Shown piece by piece: positions 40,027 through 58,828 of a stretch of DNA of 64,000 nucleotides. The stretch is from NCBI GenBank assembly GCA_037447605.1, contig CM074804.1:6797909-6861908 (forward strand), in the 5' to 3' direction. The first letter of the stretch is position 1; each line of letters opens with the position of its first letter. The stretch comes from Zygnema circumcarinatum SAG 698-1b (lineage: Eukaryota > Plantae > Zygnematophyceae). The notes beneath the pieces were generated by a model. It saw only the letters and a list, made by a program, of their open reading frames with translations. It made no database searches and had not been told where the DNA came from. The position numbers and the translations under genes were made by a program.

Positions 40027-40432
40027 ACTAGGTCAACATGATTTCCTTCTAGATCCACTTCTGAGAAAAAGCCTCTCTGTGGATCCAGCTGAAACTGGGT
40101 GGACCTGCTGCGTCCCTCCGTCCGGATGGATCGCTGTCCCGCCAATAATGCCGCGCGCCCCCGCCCGTCGCTCTCCCCGCGCGCCCGCCTGCGCCTGCAC
40201 GTCGCGGCGCCTGCGCGGGGCAGGGAGAGCGACGCTCCCGCTCCTGCAATTATTTGGGCTGCTCGGGGTAGACAGGCTCAGGGCAAACTGTAGCTGCAGA
40301 TCCACGTCGCACTTTGGAAGCTGTCGGGCCGCAGCAGGAAGGGGCGAGGTTGAGGAAGACTGAGCTGCTGCTGCTACTGCTGACGCTTTAAGCTTCAGAT
40401 CTTAGCTGAAGGAGAAGAGAAACGGAGCGAGA

Positions 40433-43400
40433 ATGGGGAAGATGACTTTTTACATCACCGCTCCTCTGACCTCCAGCACTGTGGAGGGGCAGATTACGCA
40501 GTTGAAGAAGGCAGTGAATGCGGGAGCAACAGCCGTCGAATTTCAGCTCGATGCGATCTCGGACTTTGAGCTTGCATCAGATCTTCCGCAGCTTTTGAAT
40601 GCGAGAACTGTGCCTGCAATTGTTAGATACAGGTTGGTGCTGAAAGGACGTCGACTGTACATTGTCGCCCCTTGCCTTTCGATTGAGATCTAACGCAAAA
40701 CAGTTTTTTTCTTGTCGATACTTAGTTGCAGTTGTTGTTGTGCATGGAGATGACGCATCTGGTATTTGTTGCACTACGGTTGAACGAATGAAGTAACGCT
40801 TCGATAGAGCTGTAGCTGAAAGCGTTTTAAGGTGGACACTATTGGCCAGTGATCTTGCTCTTTCTCATTCGAGTTGAATTTGACATCTGTTTGACAACAA
40901 GGTGGCTTGGAGCTTGAACTTCTGACAGCTGCAACTTGACATAGTAGAAACTCACTGACGTTTGCCACTGAGTTTTTGCATCAATGTGATGAATTTTATG
41001 GACGATCAAAATGCAGGAGTGTGTTTTAGTTAATAAGAGAAATATTTGTATTGCCCATGACATGTGGTTACGGTGAAGGTAAACGGGGCTTTGATTCGCT
41101 TGTTTGCTGGACGGCGTGAAGCTTAACTTTGTGTACGGTTCCTTTGCCAAATGGCATTGTTTAACTTTGTTTAACAATTACGCTGTAGACTTGACAATCA
41201 GACAGAAATTGAAAGGCGTATTAGGATATTAGTATTGAACTGAGATTGTGTATCAACAGTCACTTTAGTCTGAATATGACATAGTCAAGTGGTATGTGAC
41301 CTCTGGAGCTTTCAGTAGTTTTACGTCTACCTTAGCAGACCCGTTATAGAAGAACACCAGTGAAAACAATGGAACATTTTCAACAGAAAGTGGAAAAGAG
41401 TCTGTTGCTCGGCATGTTCTTGCTGAGGAGAAGCGATGTGGCAAGAACTAATGCTGCTTGTTTTGATTGTTATTCTATGCGGTGTGATGCACAGCAAGGC
41501 AGGAGAAGACGTATCGTCAACATTGGCGGTATTGAAGAAGGCCTACGAACTCGGAGCAGATTTTGTCGAGGTTGGTCTTCAGGTGAGCGAAGTCTGCCAT
41601 CAGACAAGCAGACACGAACATATATATAGCTGGACACGAACATATTTGTAGCGTTCACTAATGAATTTCTATTGGCCAAAAGTTGACAAAACTGCGAGTG
41701 GAAGCGTTTTATCAAATTTAAAAACATCTTGCGAAGCGAAGACGTGCTTTTCTGCTTTTCTTTCTGATTGATATATCACAGGTCAAGCAATATGAACACA
41801 CGTTGAACCTGTTTATCTTTCATTTTATGCACGATATTTAATAGCATTTGATGGGAGGATGGCACAGCTTATGCGCTCTTTTATCACTCAATCTAGCTCA
41901 CATTTTTAAGTAGCCGACGGTGTCCTTTGACGTAGCATTTATCTGGTTTGTGTTTCTATTTTGTGTCGTAATCTGTCCAGGAAGCAGCAACGTTTCTCGC
42001 TGAGCTTCCAGCCACACCAATGCAGTCCATTTCCCTTGCAAATGGGTATAGCCCTCTCAAAACGCAAGTGATAGCTGCATCCTACAACTTGGAAGAAACC
42101 CCTGCGCTGGAGGAGTTGAAGAGTCTTGCCGAGAGCCTGGAGGCCACTGGCGCCAACATCATTAAGGTTATCACCACTGCTAAAGATATCAGCGACAACA
42201 AGCGTCTCTTTGATCTCCTCGCCGTTACTAAGGTTGGCCTCCCTCCCACCCATTATTCTAAAAAATCCTGCAAGAGTCCAGTTAATATTCAAGTTTCGTG
42301 AACGTGCTACCTCGGCATTTCTGCTTCTAAGTCAGGGCGCATTTCTGTTTTTATTTTTATTTTTTTGTCTTCCGGAATTTTATTCGCTTTGGATCTTGTT
42401 CCTTTTTATCCCACCTCTTCTTTTGGCTCGTCTTACTCTAGCTGTCAGGTCCATTTTCTCATAATATTGAACCATCATGTTTTTGAATTTGACATCAATT
42501 TTCTAGAAACGTGAAATCGTGACTTTCAACTTTTTCTGAGTATCCGTCTTCCTGTAACGTTTTCTGCTTCCCTGTTTTTGTATGATATAAAATTGGAAAG
42601 GAACCTATCTGACATTAATTAAAGTACACTCTATTGGACCCTTCCTCATAGTTACCTTTTCCTGTTTTTTCTTCTATCTGCTTGAATCTTGCTCCCTGCA
42701 GGTTCCGACAATTGCAATCGCCCTTGAGGGCCGGGGAGAGCTGAGCCGCCTGCTAGCCTCCAAGTACGGCTCGTTCCTGACCTACGCCTACCTGCCGGAG
42801 CAGCAGGAGCTGCCCACTGTGTACGATCTTGCAAAAGTGTACCAAGCGGAGCGCTTCAGCGCAGCTACCAAGGTGTTTGGCGTTATCGGCAAGCCGATCT
42901 CGCAGAGCCGAGGGTATTTGCTGTACAATGCGGCCATGATTCACAAGGGCTTCGATGGAGTGTATCTGCCATTTCTGGTGGATGACGTGGAGCTCTTCAT
43001 GACAACGTTCAAGGACTTTGCTGGATACAGGTGAGTCAGAACAAGCAAGCTACGATATGTTTGGAATTCTTCAAACCATCGTTTTGGCAAGTTTTGGCTT
43101 TTTCATTTATGAGTTTCTTGCTCATGCATAGTTGTCCGTCCTGTCCTGAATGTTCCTGATTTATCTTGAAATTCAGGTCTGACTAAATATCACTCAATCG
43201 CCAGCCATTATATCTTGTCTTGCTGCGTGTTTTTCATGTGCAATTAACCCTTGAATGCAGTAAAATTTGTGTCTAATTGAACTCATATTGTTGTCTTCCA
43301 GTGTGACGGCTCCCCACAAGCAATGGGCTATTAAGCTCATCGAGAAAGTCGACCCTGCAGCTATTGTAAGATATTTTGAGGCCTTAACCTACTGGGCTGC

Positions 43401-45500
43401 TTAATTCTATGAGCAGCTCAGATATTTTGCATGAACGATTTAGAGTTTTTCATTTACTGTCACATTCAGCGGTTCTTTGTTATAGGAGAAAGTTGCGGAG
43501 GATAGTGGCGTCTAGTTGCAGCCGTTTTTGAAGAGAACCGGTGTTTGTGGGGCGTAGGAGCAGAGCGGGCCTCATTTGCTTAAGTACTTTCTGTCCTATA
43601 GATGTCTGTCTCTTCTTAGGTATCGCTTGTCAAAGGCCTTCATTACTGAAACTTTGGGAAGCAAGAGGAAACAATACTTTGAATATGCCATCTCTATGGT
43701 TGCTGGAGAAGTGTCCTTTCTATGATGCGTTCTTGTTTCGAAGGGGTACGGCGTAGATGATGCTGCAGTGCACGGATAATGCTGCACTGCTGTCACTAAC
43801 GGGGGCTCGAATGATGGCTTGTAATCTCAGAGCATTGGAGCTGTGAGCGCCATTTTCCGCGAAACTGACGGCACCCTTACGGGGTACAACATGGATTGGG
43901 GTGCTGCCATCTATGCTGTGGAGGAGGGGCTCCGGCAGCGAGAAGGTCAGCCTTCCGAGCTTTGAGCGTTTCCTCAACCGAACTCTTTTCGCCTGGCTGG
44001 GTTGCTGAGTCGCAATTGCATGCATGAAGAGTCATAAGCGTGCAGGGTATCGTCTGGCAACGTTGTGTAGACTATCATCGTCAATTGTTGAATTCCTAAA
44101 ATGGTAACGCTTGCGCCTTCTCGGCAATAGGAAAAAATTAAGGCTCAATAAGGCTTAATTTTTTTACCATGGCCAATTCTCTCGTACGAATCTCTACAAA
44201 AGAATATTAAGGACTACAAATGACAGGTTTTAACTTCGGCCTTGCTGGACTCTGCAACCTTTTGGTGGGATGTGAGTTGCAACAGCTGAATGTTCATGAC
44301 TTAATTTCTGAATTGGCATTGGCTACTGTAAACTGGCTTCTGCAGGTCTACCGGATGACGGCAAGAGCCCTCTGGAGGGACGCCTCATGGTATTGGTCGG
44401 AGCAGGAGGAGCAGGCCGGGGGTTGGCATATGGAGTGAAGCTGTTGAGAGGAGAACTAGCAGTGGCTGACCTTGACCAATGTACGTCAGAAGTTCATCAA
44501 CTTCATACTTCAGTTACATTAAGCTATCTCATTTTACTCCATTTCCGAATAATACTTGGTTGCAAACCACTTACTGGTGGGAGGGGCTTCTCTGGCTCTT
44601 GGGAGCTAATAGCTTCCGTTCTCTTATTTGTGGTGTGTGCAGCGCGCGCCCAGGAGGTGGCGGACACATTTGGAGGCTTCACCATCAGCCTGGAGGAGCT
44701 GCGTAAACCAGGGGCGGCTGCGGCAGCTCAGGCCAAGTTCGGAGCGGGGCTAAGCAAGGCGCCAGTGCTGTGCCATGCCACGCCTGTCGGGATGAAACCC
44801 AATGTGGACGCCACGCCCTTCACCAAGGTGCATGGATGGCCTTGGATCATGCTGCTGCCCAGCTTGGGGAACTGCACTGACAGGAGAATGAGACAAGTTG
44901 GTCATGGGGGCAGGGTATCAGACTGGCATGTTAGTGTAGGAAAGTTGGTCCAGGGAATTGCATGTTGTTGGAGGAACTTCTGTGACTAGAAATACTGACA
45001 ATGTTTCCCGAGGGTGCAGGAATCTCTGGATGGCTGGGCTGTAGTTTTTGATGCCGTGTACAACCCCGCGGAAACGCGCCTGCAGCGCGAGGCTAAGGAA
45101 GCCGGCTGCACTCCCGTGAGTGGGGTGGAGATGTTTGTTCGCGAAGCAGAAGAACAGTTTACGCTGTTCACTTCCGGCATCCCAGGTAAGGTTTGGTTGC
45201 AGCTCATGTGGATGTGTACAAAACACCCTTAGCTAAGGGTCTAAAACAGACGTTTGTCTGGCTGAGTTTAAAATAGCTGTTTGAACATGCCGATGAGTTG
45301 AACAAAACCTGCCGGTACTGTTATGTGGTGCCGGTCGAGCCAGTGCAGCCCGTCTTCTTTCTCACAAGAAGGTTTGCGGTTCTTGTTTTGAGAATGGAAG
45401 TATCTAACTTTTTGTTTTTGCGTGATTTGGCAATGTGTGGTTTGCAGCTCCTGGCCAAGTGATGCGGGATGTTCTTCTGGAAAATCTTCTGACCAACTAA
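40433..45500 (+). CDS. Bifunctional-type 3-dehydroquinate dehydratase/shikimate (quinate) dehydrogenase family protein, multi-exon
   Basis: Type I DHQD-fold segments (GATAVEFQLD, GADFVEV, GANIIKV, GELSRLL) then an SDH domain (TKVFGVIGKPI, SVTAPHK, GYNMD, LVGAGGAG, ATPVGM, VFDAVYNP, SGVEMFVR). TAA at 45498-45500. No obvious transit peptide. Confidence 0.92.
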
Positions 45501-46504
45501 ACCTACGACTATCATTTTTGAAGGAAAAAAGGATAGAACATTTCATCGTGTGCTGTCCTTGCTGTACAACGTAGGCCAAAATGCAGCTTCGATTTGCTTG
45601 TGCTTCTTTCCTTCTTCGACCGCCAATAGTGTCACTTTTTTCTTAAACTATGTAGTAGGATTTGACTATGTGCTAGTCTATTAGTGTTGTAAGTTTATAT
45701 AGAGTTTCCGATTTAGCAAGGTCAAAGAATAGCGGCTTGACTACGATTCTTCTGTCCATGTCATTGTTCTAGAAAATATGTTTCTTCTTTTTGTCCAATC
45801 TACTTCAGCCATAAAACAACGTGCAGCAACCCAGACGGATTTACTTCGGACATTATCTGTCCATCGTGTTTGTTGCACGAATCATGTTTACATCGTTTCA
45901 AATCACATAATGTCCCAAATGTACAGTATTCAATATGAACGTTGTGAACGACAATTTGAAACAAACAAACACGCCACTCAAAAGCGAATGCACATGCAAG
46001 CCAATGTGCCAAACTTAACCGAATATGTCATCTCAGAATAGAACAAAGATTCATATGAACATTGGTACCATTGAGCACCATGTCTCCTCCGACCCCCTTC
46101 TTTTCACTTCCTCTCTCCCCACGTGTTCCCAACTTTGTTACCTTCAAACCAAATTGACGAAGAATTGACAGTCCAACATCGTGGCACAAATTAGCATCCT
46201 CTGACATGGTTTTTTTTCGAGCACTCCATCAAGATGAATATTCCATGTAGCTGTCACCCGTCGCCATCGAAAGTGAAGCCATATGTCGCCGGAAGCCCGC
46301 CGTCCTGTTGGGATCGGGCCGCGGCCTCATGGAGCGCGTGCGGCCGCAGCTGCAGGCCGTGCTCTGAGCGTCATTCTGCTCTCGCCGCTGCTACTCGTCC
46401 TTCTCGCCACACAACGAGGCCTACAGACCACACTCCTGATTTTGGTGTGTGCGCGAGAGGTCCAATGGCTTGAGTAGAAACTTTTTGCAGCATTTGCTGC
46501 GCCG

Positions 46505-49500
46505 ATGGCTCGGCTGCTTGTAGCTTCTTTCTCTTCCCTGGGAGCGCTTGTTGTTCCTAGTGAACGAGGTGTCGCTCTCGCGTCTGCTTCTTCCGCAGCT
46601 CCATGCCGGGTTTTTATTTCATCAGCAAGCTGCAAGGGTCGCCCGAGGAGCTGCTGCAAAACAACATGCGCTTCAGCAGATGAGCAAGCTTTGTCTTCGA
46701 TTCACCATGCGAAGTCAAAGCATGCTATTTCTGAAGCTATAGAGCGGCTCCGAGGAAGCGAAGCCGATGTGAGTATGCTGCATCTTGCCCCATGGGTTAC
46801 GCTATCTTAGAAAAGACAATTGGACGACACATATAGAGGGAACCGTCAACTTTTTCCTCCTATTGACTTATGTCAGTTCTATTAATCTCCATTCCCATAT
46901 TTTTTTTCTTATTGCAGTGTCATGTGAATTCATCAAATGTTTCAATTGTGCTTCTATTTTTAATTAACAAGGGCTCATCGTTTAAATGAAACTTCGTTTG
47001 CGAGAAGGAGATAGACCTGCGATACAAGCTTGCAAGTTTATGCGAGGCGTATTCTGCTAGAGAGACATCCATCTCTCAAGAGTGCTGGCAGTTGTGGGAG
47101 GGCTTCTGCAATGCGCTCAAAGACAACAAGCGTTTGCAAACTCTTCATCTTCAGGTTCGCACATGAGAACTTTGGCGCTTTGGCTTCTTGAATCATCCTC
47201 TGAGCACTTTGCAGTTATTCAAAAATTCTGGACACGATCCTTTGACCTCATTGCAACGAGTAGGGTGACTGAAACAATGGCACCACAACATACGCCCAGT
47301 TCTTTGTTTTTCTCCAGGAATGTGATGGTGGCACTTCATAACCCGCAGGCTTTTAGAGTCATCCTTTGCTATGTATGGCTATCGCTGTTTTTGTCGGAGA
47401 TGGTAACTATGCTGGGCTATATAAGTGAACTCCAATGCATTGATCGATTTCGCTCATTCCTAGCGTGTGAAAGTTATATGATATTAAGCGATATATTTAC
47501 CAAAGGCACTTCTGCAGACGATGGCCCCCCCCTTTAGAAGCCTTTTTTACCTCGTAACTTCACCTAAAGTGAATCCTTCCTGAATGTTAAATGCGCGTGC
47601 TAGTTTCTTTCGTTGTATTGCATAGGAAAACCAAAGAATTTAGCTGACTATTTGCCCTCTGGCTTTTATTCTCTTGGTTATTTCTTCTGATTATTGAGGA
47701 CGGGGGAAGAGGACAGGGCAATGACATGGGGCATGCTACAAACATGTCCGCGGCAGGACACGTCTCCCCCTTTATCGCTAGTCTTGCCATGGCTCTTGCT
47801 GGCAGCGAGTCCCTTCGCTTCCTGAACTTGTCAGCGAACGGATTGAGTGCAGATGATGTTGCTGCGATCAGCGATGCGTTGTGTGGGGCAAGGACGATGC
47901 GGGTAAGTCTGAGACAGAAACGTTTGGCCCCTCGAATCATGGCATTTGTTTGCAGCATTCCTTATGCTGCTGAATATTCGTGTTGCATGCTTCTCTGTAT
48001 CAGCAACTCTTATGTCTCTTCTGCTTCTATTATGTCCGTGGCTTGATGGCCTTTCGCCTATATCCATGCCTACGCGGTTGTGTAAACCAGAACTTGCGCG
48101 AAAGGTACAATTCCAGCTTTGTGCGTGTCTCCATTGTTTTTGAAAGTGCGCTTTGAACGCTAGAGGAAGCAGATTATTAGAACTAAGGAATATTCCAAGT
48201 TGTATGGAGGCAAACCGCCCATGTTGAAATCGTCACTAAATATGATCGGAGTTTGCAGATGTCTTATACAATGTGTGAACTCTTTTAGCTTGCTTCTATT
48301 TTCTGAGCCATGTGTTTCACACATCGGTTACCTATGAACGCAATTTCTTTGCCGGAATGATCAGTTATTCCTTGTCCTGTTTCGCTGATCAGTCCACGGA
48401 ATGGTTGGGCTCCCCCAGGCTCTTCACCTTTACGCAAACGAGATCGGAGATGACGGAGCAGTTGCAATCGCTAAATCAATGGCCACTGGACTCAGGTATG
48501 GCATAGCAGATTTCTATGTGTAACAATATATACCTCAGGATGCAGAATTCGGTGGGAAGTCTTCTAAAATGTATGAATAATAGGCAGGATTTATGATAGG
48601 GCTTGCTCAGGGTTGGCGAAGGCCGTTTCGAACCTGTGGTTTTGAGTTGGTCCGCGTTGATGAAGTTTTCCTGTCTACCTTCACGTTATTGGTGTAAGCA
48701 TGCAGCACATTGTACGTTCTGCGACCACCGTTAGGCAGCAGCAGGAGGTCGTTAATAGGCCGCATTCTTAAGGAAAGTAGGTATAAATCTAAGGCGTTGC
48801 TCGCAGTCCCGCTGTTCTCCACCAATCCTTGTACCAATACTATTCCTGAAGTTATGCTATGGCGGCAGACTGGAGGTCCTTGAGCTCAGTTTCAATTCGA
48901 TATCGGATAGGGGCGCTGTGGCTATTGCGAGGGCTTTGGAGCAGCAGCAAATCGAGCAGTCGAGCGCGCCCTTCTTCCTGCACCTCCGCCACAACAATGT
49001 TGGTCCAGCAGGCAGGGCTGCTCTTGCCAGAGTATACCCGCTTCGCCTTGCAATTCCATCTGCAGAATTTGCAACAGAGGAAATTCGAATTACAGAGACC
49101 AGTGGGAATGAACCGGCCATTCCAGACAGAGAAGAGTCTGAAGGAAAGGAGGTCAGTGGAAGTCCGAGATTGGAATATGCTGATGCTGATGCGGCGGTGG
49201 CTGGGCAGAATATGTCTCGAACAAGGAGTGCAGTGTTTGTAGATGGGAATCCAGGTGTAGGTTTATGGACTGAGGCATGCATTGGAGGATCTATACCTTC
49301 AGTGAGCATAGAATCTTCTGCATCAACAGGTGGTGCAAGTGTGGCGATCTCTGAGGAAGTGACAACTGAGACGGGGTCAGCCTCATTATCAGATGCCAAG
49401 CTCTCTCCCTATCTTCTCAGTGGGGAGAGTGTGGAGACTGATTTTCCTGAGGACAGCAGGATGGACGAAAATAAAAAATCTCTTACTGCTTCTGAAAGGG

Positions 49501-52262
49501 CAGGGCTCCACCACGAGGTTCTCCTTGAAGGAGCATCAACCGGTGACCCTGCGATGCATTCATTGAGTGTTCTGGTTGAGCCTCCTGCTAGCATTAAGGA
49601 CTCTCGCCTTGCCGAGCCGCCTGCTCTAACTTTGGCAGTACATGGGGAGGAGAAATTTTGTGCTCCTTCTAGTTCTGGAGAACAAGAGAGCAGTACTTCA
49701 GAGCCTGCAGTGGAAAAGGCTGATGTGGGCGCTCTGTGCACTGAGGCTGTGGATACCTCTCAGTCTCAGCCAAGTCAGCTGCTTTCAGAACCGAGGAGAC
49801 CCCTCCCTTCATTCTCACAAGCTTCATCAGACGGAGAATCTACGACATCCTTTCCCTCACAATCGCCACCTTTATCAATGAGCTTAATGCCACCTTTTGC
49901 TGACAGTGCTCAAAGCAGAGTGCCTTCCATTGAACAGGACTCTGAGCTCAACGGAGCCCTGCCTGCAACACCAAGCACCGCAGAGACTCCATACTCAGCA
50001 GCCACTGTAAGAGCGCCACCTGGCAGCCTGACAGTCAGCCAGACACCACAGCCTGCGTTTCCTGCGACCTTGCGCGAATCAGAGGGCGGTCTCACGTTCC
50101 ACATGGCGGTTGCGCTTTCGAGGAAACTGCAGACGACAAAACGAGAAGAGGAGGCTTCTCCTAGTCAACTTGGCCCCACTCGGGACATTTCCTCCCCCTC
50201 GCTTGGTTCGAACCCCTCGAGCAGCGGCGAGCTCAAGGAGGCTTTGCTACCATTGAGAGCTTCCGAGGAGAGGCAAGGGAGGGAGGTGCAGAGTGGGCAA
50301 CCGAAGCTAAGTCAGAGTGGCTGGAATCGCTACATCGAGAAGGGCCCTGCTGATCTCGGGACGCTTCTGCCCAGTGATTGGCGGGATGCGATAGCGGCGC
50401 ATGGCGGCCTGGAGGCCCTTCCGCATTTGAATGCGATGTTGGAGGGGGCATGGAAGAGGGGAGTCGAAGTCTACCCGAGGTGAGCTGCAGCAGGGAGGAG
50501 GCTCGCTGGCTGGGGTCGTAAGCAGATAGCAGAGGTTTAATAGGCGGACTGGGGGGCAAAGTGATGAGCTTGGGCGGCAGTGTTCTTAGGGCGGGTACCT
50601 TGGAAGGGGCGGGATTTGAATTTTTTGTCCCCTCAAGCCATGAACCTATATTTGGCGGTTTTTTCAGGTATGAGGACATTTTCCGAGCATTTGAACTGTG
50701 TCCATACGAGAAAATGCGCGTAGTTATTATCGGGTGAGTAATGTTCTTCCTCGGGATATCTGTCTTGACGTCGTGCAGCATGGTATTCTTGCATGTTCAC
50801 TGTTGCAAGTTCTTTATAAGGCATCAGTTCGCTCAGAGTTGTGGGCTGAGCGCGCTCCCTGTGGGGCCAGGCAAGACCCCTACCCTCGCCAAGGTGCTGC
50901 TAACGGCCTCGCGTTCTCCAGCCACCAGGTGGGCCTGAGGCTGTGCCCCCAACCTCACCCCCCCAGCACCCGCCGTCCATCTCTCGCAAAAGCTGACAGT
51001 GAGGTAGTACCGGGGGGGGGAGGGTGATTGGCAGTGGGCTCGTCGGGGCACGCATGCGCAGAGCCTCACAAACATCTTCCTTGAATTGGAGAGAAACATG
51101 AAGGCCAGCAGCATACATTGGGAAATGCCGAAATCAGGAGATCTTTCCAAATGGGCTGAACAGGTGAAGGCTGCATATGTAGACTTTGTGGCAGACTCGT
51201 CCACAGTTGGTTTTTTCTGTCGTTTTGAGCTCTCTTTTTTGTGGCTTCTAAGAAAGTTGCTTCCAGCAAATCCACACAAAGAGCATCTTAGGCACTATTG
51301 GGGACAAATCCTCACAGACTTCATGGACCAGCAGCAAATGCTTATGTGGCTGCCTGCTGCCTGGAATAGCTCCACACTCCACAGAAAGCAGGCGGAATCC
51401 ATGCAGCTTTTTACATATTCGTCCAGGAAGTCACTTAATCGCCTGCGATAGGCCGCTTCTGACTGGAAGCTGCAAGTGGCCACTGACAGGGGGTCCTTTT
51501 GCTCAACGCTTCTCTCACCATTGCCAGCCGCCCCCCCACATCAGAGGGCGGGAAGCAGGCGGGAGATGAGGCGGAGCAATCTCACAAGGAGGCTTGGCGC
51601 CCGTTCACGCAGGCGGCCGTGCAGGCGGCCTGCTTGCGGCCGGGGCCCCCCATTGTTTTCCTGCTGTGGGGGAAAGATGCTCAGGTATAGCAGCTTTTTC
51701 TGCCACTTCCTCCTTCCTCTTTCTTGTTGATTTGCCTGTCGTAGAACCTCTCCGTCTCCCAGGACCATGACAGTGGAAGAAGGGAAACGCTCGTGCGAAT
51801 GTGATTGTGGCAGACAAGGTGGCCAAGGCCCTGCTCGCCCCTGGAAGCCTCGGCTGACGTGGCGCTGCGTGCAATGTGCAGAAGCTGCAACCCTTGATCA
51901 GGGAATGGGGCCCGCAGCATGAAATTCTGACAGCTGGCCACCCGTCGCCACTCTCCGTAAAAAAGTTCGAAGGTACAAACTGAGCTTTGGATCCAAGCCG
52001 GTGCCCTCTGTGCGAATTTTCCCTTTGGAAACCTCATAGTTTGCGTGGCCTTTGGGACCCCCAGTCATGATCTTTATTTTCTGAATAACTCTATCCAACT
52101 TGTATAGTATGATGCTTCCTGCATTCATAGTCCTACTGAATACGGCTGACCCTTTTCTGTTTCGATTCTGGACCTTTCTTGGGGCTAGGCTGTAGCCACT
52201 TCAACAAAGTCAACGACTTCTTTACGAGCAGAGGACTCCCTCTTGTATCGTGGAGACTCTGA
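46505..52262 (+). CDS. RNI-like leucine-rich-repeat protein fused to a family-1 uracil-DNA glycosylase, multi-exon
   Basis: LRR exons: LQTLHLQGN, LRFLNLSANGLS, ALHLYANEIGDDGAVAIA, LEVLELSFNSISDRGAVAIA and LHLRHNNVGPAG. UNG exons: VYPR|YEDIFRAFELCP, RVVIIG|QDPY, GLAFS, SLTNIFLEL, GDLSKWAEQ|GVLLLN, VFLLWGKDAQ, GHPSPLS and GCSHFNKVN. TGA at 52260-52262. The start at 46505 is tentative. Confidence 0.85.
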
Positions 52263-53384
52263 AAGCCAATCTGTGCGCGACCCACAGGCGCAGTGGGGAG
52301 GGGCGTGAAGCCCGTTGTGTAGATACAGAAGGGGTTCGGGAGCTTGTGTCGGCATGACATTAAACCACGAGGCTGATGTACAGCATATGTAGCTTTCCTT
52401 TTCCTTCACTGAAGCTGACTCCTTCTGGGCCTTGTTTTGGGAAGCTTATTTCCTGGTGGGTTTTGAAAAGTTATGGCGATTTTTCGTTTCTGGCACGACC
52501 CACCTCGCTTTGCTCGGCGGCTTTGTGGGGGCCAGCCTGAAACCACACGCATTTCTAACCATGTGAAGGGACCCGCAGTTCCGTTATAGCGTTCCGTGAC
52601 TTGGGCAGACCATGGAACTTCAGTCCTGGTACCGTTGGGTCTGTCACGTCCGATCCCGAATCTCGTCAACTTGTATTTGTCCTGTCCGTGTCGGCACGCA
52701 TCAATGCCCGTACGGACGCCACCTGCGTGGCGCGCCCAGATAGGTGCGTTCCTCCAGAACGGACAAATTTACCGTACGCCATCTGTGACGGCCTGCGGAT
52801 TATCTTCGTTCGAAAACGTAAGAAAGTATCGTCGTCAACGGAAGTCAAAATCAGTCGCTTTGAATCTTTGTAACTCCCACTGGCGGCTGCCATGTGGCAG
52901 ATCCGGTCAACGCCACCGTCATTACGCCAACAGCCCACCGACACCGATCGTCGGCGGGAGGTTGGTCGGTCGTACGGACGGCAGGACACCTGCCTGCTCC
53001 GTAGGGCGGCGCGACGCTGGATAGGCTGGGACACGTGTCAGACGGCCAATGAAGTGGTGGCGGCCACAGAGCCCACAGGCCACCGCAGATTCTCTCTTTT
53101 GTCGTTTTGCGGATCGAGACGGGCAGATTATTGTGCGAGTTTCCGAATCGACGACACATAAATGCGGACGGGGGCGGGGGGGAGCACTCGCAAAAAAGAT
53201 TTACATGAAAAAAAAAAAAAAAAAAAAAAAACGAAAAAATGATAGAGTGTGTGCAGGTCGATGGGAGCCATCGCCTGCGAGCTCTGAGCTGCATGCGGCC
53301 CCTGCTACGGATGTGGACATTAGAACGCAGTGTCGTGTATTAGAATTCCAATCAGGAATTTTAAAAGTCGGGCGGTTTTATTAA

Positions 53385-58828
<5,444 letters not shown>

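Noticed and set aside
46283-46477. 64-aa hydrophobic ORF upstream of the LRR-UNG gene
   Set aside because: Could be an upstream ORF or alternative first exon, but cannot be supported without transcript data.
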